A stretch of DNA of 62,921 nucleotides, the filler included, from Choristocarpus tenellus KU-1152 (Eukaryota > Protista > Phaeophyceae): the NCBI GenBank assembly GCA_964200185.2. It is 10 parts of 10 records of this genome, joined end to end, with 100 filler letters (N's around TTAATTAATTAA, not from the genome) between each part and the next. Parts side by side here need not be neighbours in the genome. Positions count along the whole stretch, not along the records: positions 49,610 to 54,817 come from CAXNAD020011503.1; positions 54,918 to 58,383 come from CAXNAD020019842.1; positions 58,484 to 62,921 come from CAXNAD020014552.1; 7 more parts are not named here. The stretch is one strand, 5' to 3'. The notes below the pieces were generated by a model, which saw only the letters and a list, made by a program, of their open reading frames with translations, made no database searches and was not told the origin of the DNA. A program made the position numbers and the translations under genes. Below, piece by piece: positions 53,080-62,921 of this stretch; the stretch's first letter is position 1; each line of letters starts with the position of its first letter.

Positions 53080-54184
53080 TTGAGCAGGTCGTACCCACAC
53101 GTCATTACTGCATATTGCACCTCTTTATCCTAGTCGCCTGGAAACTGAACCATAGAGATAGATCTTTTTTATGGAGACGGTTGATGATTTAGTGTACTTT
53201 TTAAATGATCGCCTCAACTGCATACTGCTTATGTTGGATTGTGTATTTAGTGTGGGGAAAATTCGGACAATTATATGTTACGCAGTTGTAACTGTACTGA
53301 ATCAGAAGGGTCGAAATGTTGTCAATGAGTCCTATGAGTTATTTATCCATGTGAGATTGATGATGCAAACACACACATATTATAGAGTTCCTCGATGGAG
53401 GGTACAAGAGGTGGAGTAGACACAGGTCTGGGCTTAGCGCCATTGTGCGAGGAGTTTAGATTGTGAAGTAGTGAAGTTTATGGGTCCGAGAGAGCTGGTG
53501 GTAAGAGTGGTGTGCCTAACTGCATGTAGTGTGTACTAAAATTGTTAGCCCTATGAGTTGCAACAGATCAATCGAACTTGAGTTCAATCAAATGGAATAG
53601 CCATGTAAGTGAACCGAAAAGGTTTGGTCCTTCTGTTCTTTTTCATTTTTTTCACAACACAACGAGAATTATGACTATTGAACGTGTCAGGGGACACAGA
53701 ACCACACATTCCTCACGATTTGTCACTACCACAACTTCCTACACATTTCATGGTTCAAGTCTTCGAATCTGCCTAGTGAGAACTGCAGAGGCCTAGGAGT
53801 TTTGCTTTGTGTACCGACAGTTCAATCGGATTAGTCGAAATGATATCCTAACCGATATTTTTGTTGTGACTGTAGATTATTTCTGTTCACAACGCTTAAA
53901 ATTGTACAACGGTGCATAGCCTATAGTTGTGACTGGATTGAAGGGGGAATTTTGTCATTATATTATTTCTGCATCAAGCAGGGTAGGGGGTGTGATAGTT
54001 TTCGTTTGGGGTGGGTAATGGGTCCACACTGAGAGCTATGCAATCTCTGCATCATAGCACCAATATGATTTATGTTTCCCTGATATGTTCTGGACATTTC
54101 GCCTCGGCGTGTGTGAGTGCAGTTCCTTCACGCTCTCCCCACCGATGTCTTTTATTTGCAGTTGTCCTCGTCAAAGCTCTTTTT

Positions 54185-54390
54185 GAGTTGAACCGACTTA
54201 GAGATAGGCAGGGTTGCGTATTTTGGATCCCGAAAAAGGACAAAAAGACTTCATCTTCTACAATTAATTGCAGAAGGAGCCTTTACTGCATTGTTACGTC
54301 GCTTTGTGTGTGAAAAGGGGAATTTCAATTTTGCGTACTCTTAGCTGAGCCAAAGTATAGAAAGGGGGGTGACGGCTGTCCATTTGGGGC
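54185..54390 (-). mobile_element. Partial family C followed by a B-like terminus
   Basis: Similar to 50156-50300. Confidence 0.65.
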
Positions 54391-55539
54391 GAATTGGTTT
54401 CTCTGTTGTTTGAAAATTTCGACACAAACAAGTCGGGATATATCCTATACGCACTTGTGAAAAATGCCGAATTTTGTACATATTTGCAGGCATCATTAAA
54501 ATGCAACTCCAGGTATCTCTCGTTTGCTTTTGCTCTCTATGGGTGTCGCATTATAACGATAACAATAACTATTTCTAGGTGTTTGCCAATTTCCTTGTGC
54601 CTTTGTGACCTGTCAATGAAAGGATTGTCATTAATTTTCTCCTTTGGCAACTGCTCATCTTCATGTGGTAACATCTTCAAGATAAGTTACTTGTCCGTTC
54701 AGCTACTGCCAAGAACAGCCAATCACCAAAATTGAGGATGGAGCATTTCTTGGAGGATGAGTTTGACCCAAAATGGTGCTCGGAAAGTGCACATATGTTA
54801 TTTTTTGTAAATGTTGCNNNNNNNNNNNNNNNNNNNNNNNNNNNNNNNNNNNNNNNNNNNNTTAATTAATTAANNNNNNNNNNNNNNNNNNNNNNNNNNN
54901 NNNNNNNNNNNNNNNNNGGACCACGTGGGAAGCCCCGGTGCTGTTCCTTCTATTTACGTCTCTTATCCCTCGCGTCGTCTTTTCAACGTCTCTTATCCTT
55001 TCCTCTTGTTTGTTGTACATTTTGAAGGTTTGCTATAGTGTACTACTTGCTCCTAATAGACATCACTTGATACAGTTGACCAGAAGAATCATCATCAGCT
55101 CGTTTAGTCCTTAGACTGTGCGTTAAATATGTTTTTGGGTTCCAACCCACCTCTCTGTGTAAAGGATTTACTATTCCGCTGCTTCTAAAGGTTAGGGTAG
55201 GGGCTACTTCTTAGGCCTCACTTTCCTTACTAAATGCTCTTCTATTTATCTCCCCTCTAGTGGAGCTTGCAATTATTATGTTGTTACCAGTATTGTTAGC
55301 ATGGGCTTGAAGATGATGAAGGGGAACATGAAACAAAGAACAACAACAGCCCAAGCGACAGAGAACTTCAACATCTCAGCACTGGCAATGGCCACGACAA
55401 CACTTTTCCTCATCGCACCAGATCTGGTAACCGTCAAGATATTTCTGGCAAAGCTGCTGCTGTTTTTATGATGTATTCAATTTCTTTTTGGATGTGTTTG
55501 TGTGTTTCCATTGAGATTACCCTTGTGATGTGTGTGAGT

Positions 55540-56610
55540 TATGGTTCTATTAGAGTGGTAGCAGATGAGCTTCCTCCAGAACCCAAGACTGTAAGAGCAG
55601 CACGTAGCTCTCCCGAATGTGATCTGTGGGATTGAGCTAGAGCAGAAGGGATGTCTGATCTGTTGTTGAATAATGTTAGGTTGGGGGACGTATTACCCCC
55701 CGAATGTGGGGCAATAGACACAAAATTGATTCTCGCTGAGGTAGCCAGATACAAGGCACATTTGGCAGCGAAGGATTTGTCACAGATTGAGGGGTTAGAT
55801 TACCAAGATACCTTTGCTCCAACACCATCACCTGCATCTTTGAGAATGGTTTTAGCACTAGCTGCAGACAAAGATTGGAAATTGAAGGATTGGGATGTTA
55901 TGCAGGCTTTAATAGAAGGAGAAATTAGTGAAGAAATATTTGTTCGTTGATGTGATGGATGTGGTTCATGGTCAGGAAAGATAGTGTGTGTAGTGAAAGC
56001 TCTTTACGGCACTAAACAAGCTAGCAGGGAGTTTAATAATTTATTGGTGCATATCATGGAACAATGTGGTTTTGAGCAATGCAGAGCAGATCCCTGTGTG
56101 TTACGCTATGTTTGAAATGGCGCTGTTTGTGCTGTAATAGTCCCTCATGCTGACGATCTTATGGTAGCAGGAATATTTGATGTTTTGATTCGGGTTCCAG
56201 GAACAAGGAGCAGCTTTCAATAAAATATTTTTGTGTCCTTAAATACTACATGGGTTGTGAGATATCGCATCGCAGAATTGCAAAGACAGTTAGCATTAGT
56301 CAAACCAAGTACATTCGATATTAGGAGGATTTGTCAAAGGTTTGATATGGATGGGGTAAAGAAGAGGGCGGCACCCCATGATCTCAAGGACGTTAGACAA
56401 GAATGAGGATCAACCAAGTGTTGATAAAAATATCCCGTACAGATAGGTAGTTGGTAGTTTGATGTTGGAAGCTGCCATGACCAGGCCAGACATTGCAAAT
56501 GCAGTTCGTGAGGTTGCCAAGTACAGTAGCAATCCCAAAGTCACACATTAGGATGCAGTAAAGTATATTTAGCATGTTTGAATACGTGTCCAAGTGTTGG
56601 ATTGATTTTT
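55540..56610 (+). mobile_element. Ty1/copia reverse transcriptase relic
   Basis: EPKTV, RYKAHLAAK..GLDYQDTFAP, WDV, KALYGTKQASR, ADPCV, HADDL, TRPDI; stops and frameshifts. Confidence 0.9.
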
Positions 56611-58600
56611 GGTGGGCCTTTCCTGGGCGAACCTTCAACGTCCATCATATGGTCCAAATTTAGAGCCCGTAAGCAGGAGAAATGGCGATATCCCCATATA
56701 GCCCCAGTGGATGCTTTTGTCTGACCCAATTTCGCATGCCAGAGGCATGGACCTGAACTCGAGCGTACACTTTATGAAATTTTCTGATCTGGGCAGCGGC
56801 TAACGACACAGATTATTGGGAAAATTATAATACTTCTTCTATGCTGTATCAATAAAGAGAGCTTCAACATCTGAATCAACCAAGATACGTATGGGCTAGG
56901 GTATCAACAGGTTGTCCACTATCTCTACATTATATACGAATGTTTGAAAGATCAGAATTTCTTATGAAGAACGAACTGCTTTCTATTTATTTTAAATATT
57001 GGTGAGTGTAACCAGAAGGGTGTGATATATTTCCTACATAGGTGTTTCCTGATGTTGCTTGTAGTAAATGTAGAGGGTTGAGAACAATAACCAGATATAG
57101 TGCAAAAATATTTTGAGGAGTATCACTTGAATACATCGCTCACCATTATCTTTGCATGATGTATTATGTACATCCCATACCATATCAAAACGAAGTTCAT
57201 AGTACCTTCATATAAGTAGTAGCGATTTACTCAGTTTCTTGGAAATTGATGCTTTGATTGTTGTATTATGTTCGTAATAGTACGCAACTAGTATTGTTAG
57301 ATTCACTCAAACTTTCTTCATGTAGTCGATTATAATCCAAGTGTATTGCAGGGGACGAATTGAATGAGGAGTGCAAGCCACTGAGGTCTGCGATAGCAGC
57401 ACCCAATAATGCGCGTTTGGGTGAAAAATATTGATTCAACATCACTCCACAATTCTCCGGTTCAGTTCATATTCGTCATTTTCAATCAAATCGTATTGAT
57501 TCAACCACTACGATTCACAACCCTATTACTAGAGAGTATAAAAATATCATGACAACAACAATATCAACGATTTATGGTAGTACCAAGTTGTAGCGAAATA
57601 GTGGTCAAAGTGGGTACCACGTATCCTTCTTCCAACATCAGTGTATATATTTCGATAGTGTTAGAGGACACATACGGTACTTGTTTCATGACATCACAAT
57701 CTCTAAGAATGTTGAACGTTGTCCCTCTATGGTTGACAATGGTAGAAGTATAGTACTTTACATGAACCCAATGTGGTATACCCTACCTGCTATAGGGCAC
57801 CAGAAAAAGTGAGACAATGGAATTGGACTATAGCACCAGTCATCAGCTAGGATGTTACAAACAAGGTAATCAAGCCTAGACTAGAAGAGTGGAAGCCAGG
57901 ACAGAGCGAAACAACTACTTCAGTCACCACCAGCTCCAGGAGGAAACAAAACGTATTGCTGAATTTGGAGCAGGTATTCCTTGGGAGCCTTGCCTACACA
58001 GGCTCTACTACAAAGACATACACTTGTGCATTAAGTCAACACATCAAAGCTCGAATATTTGTATAAACATTTTGTGCATGTAAGTATTCAACCTGTCTGT
58101 GATGACTGTACCTTTTATGAACAACGAACACTCAAGCTTGAGGCCATGACAGACAAAGGTATGGTGTAGAAGGAAGGGAACACCACAAGCATCAATCGAT
58201 CAATGGGTAAGAGGAAGATTACTAAAGTGTGCACGCGGTGTCTTGGGTAACATACATCAATTGTGAGTTGGTAGAACATTGATTCAGGTGTGTGTTATTC
58301 TTTTGGCTGGTTGCTATATCATGTGGATGAAGTTGGACTACTGCATACCCTGAAGAAGGTCGGAACATTTTGGAGTCTTCCACNNNNNNNNNNNNNNNNN
58401 NNNNNNNNNNNNNNNNNNNNNNNNNNNTTAATTAATTAANNNNNNNNNNNNNNNNNNNNNNNNNNNNNNNNNNNNNNNNNNNNCATCGGCAACAGTGACT
58501 GAGATTGGTTTGGGTTGAATTGAGTCCAATAAGTCCTAGGCATCAACGTCTCCCCCACCATCTCCACAACATCAAACCCTAACCCTACAGTAAACCTCAC

Positions 58601-60786
58601 CTTGATCAGAACAGTCGAAAATGTAGAATGATAAATACTCTCTGCCACCACAACAACCAATCGGTCGTGGAAACCCCAGCCCATCTCCTTCCCCCCAGGG
58701 CCCCGAAACACCGACATTCGTGACGGTGATTTCTTATCCGCCCGCTTACCCCCACCCACGCTTCCATTTCCAACATCCTCCTCTTCTTCCTTGCAGTGCT
58801 TGGTCGGCTCTGGTAGCAAGGTGAGCAGCCCCAGGAGGATTATCCCCAACACTCCTGAGAGGACAAATGGTAAGAAAAGGTGGTAGTCTGCCATCAAGCC
58901 TCCCAGCGGTGGACCCAAGACAAAAGCCATCCCAATAGATGCACTCAGCAAACTCTGATGGCAGCAGTGGAGTCAATAGGTGAGAGTAGGGAAAATATGT
59001 ATGGAGGGTTGGAAGAAATGAGGTATACCAGGGAGGCTATGGGAACGTCTAAGCCCCAGGGAAGAAGGTTATAGTTCTATGATGCTAAATAGCAGGTTTA
59101 AATGACAACATTTGGTTATCTAGCACTAAACTCACGCTTAGTGAAGGAGGACTGCTGGAGTAGTGTCTGAATGTGTGTTGTGAGTGTGGAGATATGTGAG
59201 AACAACTACATACTACTTCAAGCAATTTGGAAACATAGTATGACAATATAATAGTTGCGTGCCTGACTTTTAAGGCAGCAGGCAAGACAAAATATGAGAG
59301 GATTTGGAAGAGAGCAACTACACACCTCCTAGAGTCACTCCATCATCTACCACATCCAAAAAAATGTCAACACTTGAGGGTGGATGAGGGAAAGGAGAAG
59401 AATGAGAAGAGGAGGGCTACCAGGTTTTTGGAGCGTTCAGCGTTGCCCTCGCTGGTATCCACAATGTAGGCCTGGCTGATGGGTAGGGAGCACTTCAGCA
59501 TGGCGGGAAGAGTCCTGCACAAAGATGAACGTAACCACAACAGATGGTAGTCGAAGTTATGTGCTTCTGGTGAGACAAAACTTTTCTAACACTACAACAC
59601 CAGCACACAATTGAGCCGAGGTATAGAGAGTACACACCTGTCTGACCTCTACAACAGACATTTTTTCAATGAGTATTGCCATCACCTCTTCCTTTCACTT
59701 TTGCACTGAAAAAACATCAATCATACAAAAACTGCTTGGTGAGGGAGGTACACCTTGCAGCAATGAAGGCCCACTTTCCTCTAGCATAAAACGATCCAAA
59801 AGACCCCAATAGCCCTCCGACGGCAGATACCTTGAGCATTGTCACTCGTCCCATAGAATCGCTTACTCTTCCTAGCACCTTCAAGGCGGAGGGGATCGCG
59901 GTGAATTGGAAGGGATCTGGTGGTTGCAGGAGAGAAGATATCTATGGTTCTTATTGATCGATCGACCGTCTCTCCTTACATGGCTACCGTCTGTGGCCAT
60001 TTACTATGGGTACTCTTCCTCTGATGAAAATGCGAAGAGGAGGAGAACTTGTCTGTGTACGAACAGTCTAGCAGGAAGAGGGCGACTAAAGCAGTAGGTG
60101 GAACGTTTACCATAGTCAAAAAGAGGTCTCGAAGGGCTGCTACTTGTCTCCGACACTCGTATCCACGCATTGTTGGAGGTGAGGTGGAGGAATTGAATCG
60201 TTGTTCTTGAGGAATATGACTCAAGAGGTTGTAAGAAGGGGGGTGAGCTCACTGGTGCAACAAAGAAAGATATGAGTCCAAAAGTTCCAGCGAGCCAGCC
60301 CTGCATCCTGAGATCGATCTCGTACGTCTCATACGCTCTCACCATTGTCGGAATCTATCGACAGGGAGAGGATCGAATTAATGGACGTGGGGTGAGGTTA
60401 GAACGTGATACAATGATGTTGTGTGGATCACAGGGTCAGCAATGGCTTACAGACATCCTCGCCATGCCATTCATGCATTATGTGGTGCAACCTCTAGTAT
60501 TACTCATATTTCCACCGCCACATCTCCACAACTATATCTCCCTGCAATAGCAGTCCATTCCCCTTAGTGCTCACAGCAGTATGTCTAGTTGCAACATGGA
60601 GATGCCAACCTGGGAGTCACGAAAAGGAGTTGATAAGGACAGAACAAGCTCTAACACAAGGCTTGCCTGCACGCTCAGGGACATCAAGTCGATGACCATG
60701 ACAAGAGATAGAAGCCTCAACCCATTTCTTCCCGTGGGGTGAGCATCGCCCTTCCCAGCAGTTTCTTTCTGGGCATCGTCTCCCAT
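58601..60786 (-). CDS. MFS transporter (TetA/MFSD9-like), 3' truncated; exons 60667-60786, 60253-60354, ~59754-59879, ~59422-59514, 58601-~58953
   Basis: Motif A GRVSDSMGR, SQAYIVD, motif C GMAFVLGPPLGG. Confidence 0.9.
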
Positions 60787-61006
60787 GAGACCAACCTGAA
60801 GTTTGAGAGTGTGATGATGTTGGAACTGACAAGATTGTTGGTCAATATTTGATCGAAGCCGGCACCGGTAAGGTGGAATCATTCAGAATTTTGAATTCCA
60901 CCTCATGTTCAAGTGTTAAGGACAAGATAAGTAGTGAAAGAGGGTGAAGGGAGAAGAGAAACAACCCACTAACACACCTTTTTTTTGTTGAGGCAGTCAT
61001 CGGTGG
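60787..61006. promoter_or_regulatory. Putative bidirectional promoter MFS/unknown gene
   Basis: Divergent ATGs about 220 bp apart. Confidence 0.55.
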
Positions 61007-62649
61007 ATGTCGGATAGAGCTGGTAGTAGCAAGGGGTTAAGATTTATTGCTCTTATTGGCATTGTTTCGGGGACAGTATTATGGGCTGAATGGAGTAGGA
61101 GGCGACGGAGACTTTGGACGAGAGATCTCAAGGAGTGGGCCAAGTTCAAGGTTGGGTTGTGGATTATAATTGGCAACGCGATACCACACCGAAATATCAA
61201 CCATAGAGTGATATCTTGATCTTGATCCAAGACCTGTTATCCCTCCGAGTGGACCACTTGTACTATCTACTTTGGCAATTAACCTCCACTGGGTGTATAC
61301 CGTGCATCCCTATCACAGAACCTCGAATTCGATCTCCTCACTGCGCCAGGTACTTGATTTGCGGGATGAGGAGTCATTTGCGCGGGGTCACTTCCGTGGC
61401 TCCCACAATATCACACATCAATCGTTATGGGGGGAACTACGATGGTGAGGGGAACGGTTGGCCATTTGATATTTTTATTGAGTCCCTTTTCGTTTCGTGT
61501 GCTCTAAACTGCTGTATGAACCAATCTTTTCCTACAGCCTGCCTAATTCCTATCAAGTTAACGTCCCCATGTACCTCACACGGCGCTTCCTTGTGATGAA
61601 CAGGAGGGTCTTTGTTCAGCATTTGTCGTGTAGCATCTCAGGTTGCTCCACAACCCCAAACTCCATTTTCGGGAGTACCAGGGATATCTTGGAGCTTTTA
61701 CCTCGCCAAAAGTGAACCTTGTGTCACCTATGCCGCCTAATATTACACAGCGTTCCTGCTGTAGACTGGTGTCGGAAAGCGATGGATTCCGAGAAGCACA
61801 GAGAGGCTTTGCGCAAATGGTGCTTTAGGTTTCACAATCTTCCAGAGTGCAATTGATAGACAGCTTCTATCGCTCTTGTTAGAGTGAAATTTCTTTTTGG
61901 GCTACTAGCACTTCAACTGATTACACCGCCTTTGCCAAGAATCGCAGACGGTGTGATGAAGGACAGGAACTACCACGAAACTAGTGTGGCAGACAATATT
62001 GTAGACGTTTTAAATTCCTGATACTGATTGCACTTCTCCTCAAAGTGACATTCCCCTCACAGAGCCTGCCATCCCTTACTTAGACTTCATATCAGTGAAA
62101 CGCCCTTTGTCTTCAATATTCCACCCTACTCACTATTTTCTGTGTCTTGCTAATCTCAATAATTGTAATCGATGCTACAATGATATATATATATGCATGT
62201 TTTCTATTCTACTCCTGACAGTGATATTATTTCTGACTGCAAAGTATCACAAAGTATTTCTCTTCCCAAAGATTAACCAACCCCGTGCCTCATCTCACAA
62301 GCACCAAAGAATACTGGTGCGACCTTCTCACTCGTATTCCCAATACCATTGTGGTCTCAAATCAAGGAAGTGTGATAAACAGAGATGAATTACCACCTTC
62401 CTGTGTGTCCCTGCACTGCAATGCACTGCCTCTCTGTGTGCTCTCTTTTTGTTAGGTTTGAGCTTCCAGACAAACATGAGAAGCTGCTTGTGCTTGTTCC
62501 ACCAAGACCTCATGGACTCCTTGCTCGAGTAGAGGCTGAAATGTCAGAGAGGCGTCTACCTGGGTCGACCAAGATAGTGGTGGCGACCCCGTGGCTCATG
62601 GGGGCCGTGGAAAGGATGGGGCTGATTGAACAGGGATTGCCAAAACCAG
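61007..62649 (+). CDS. Unknown protein with N-terminal TM anchor followed by RRRRR; exons 61007-61150, 61319-61349, 61765-61819, 62456-62649; 3' incomplete
   Basis: Phase-consistent GT-AG exon chain; no family recognised. Confidence 0.55.
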
Positions 62650-62921
62650 GTGATAATGTGTCATGTTGCATTGCTGCAGTGGAGTTTTGATGCCTGAGTG
62701 AATGGCCGTGTGTCTCTATATGTTGTCCTTAGATGGCACCTTTCACCTCGTACATAGGCAAACTCATGGATGTAGAGCTGGCAATTCTGAGAAGTTACTT
62801 ATGTTACGTAGTTAATAGTTATTGGCAGTTGAGTGCACTTGCAAACTTGGTGTGTGCTATTGTTTTGTGTAGGGGGGGGGGGGGAATACTTGAATTGTGT
62901 GAAAATTAAAGGGGTTTTTTT

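Noticed and set aside
9240-58483. Regularly recurring TTAATTAATTAA palindrome flanked by Ns
   Set aside because: Artificial contig linker; it also invalidates any cross-contig gene-cluster reading
23836-60786. CorA, GST and MFS as a detoxification cluster or bacterial HGT island
   Set aside because: They lie on separate contigs and all have spliceosomal introns

Overview
Intron-rich eukaryotic genomic DNA, inferred to be an ochrophyte/brown-alga-like stramenopile from gene content, GT/GC-AG introns and scattered CCCTAA repeats. The window is not contiguous: it is 10 contigs joined by an artificial N-TTAATTAATTAA-N linker, plus two internal 10-N gaps, so gene order is only meaningful within a contig. 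Genes reconstructed by eye from splice sites: adenylate kinase 7-like (-) head-to-head with SGF11-like (+); rhomboid protease (-) head-to-head with a UBZ zinc-finger SLX4/SNM1A-like gene (+); a CorA-family transporter; a glutathione S-transferase; a secreted Cys-rich/mucin-like protein with SMSY motifs; cyclopropylsterol isomerase (CPI1) 3' exons; and an MFS transporter (-) head-to-head with an unknown membrane-anchored protein (+). Introns and intergenic DNA hold several MITE families that often nest in one another, plus Tc1/IS630, mariner, pogo, LINE and copia relics and a tRNA-derived element. No clearly novel multi-gene system is demonstrable. The best leads are a CpG-island-like landscape around three compact bidirectional promoters, a related trio of MITE families, an uncharacterised Cys-rich repeat domain in the secreted protein, recurrent GC-AG introns and telomeric repeats at damaged element ends.
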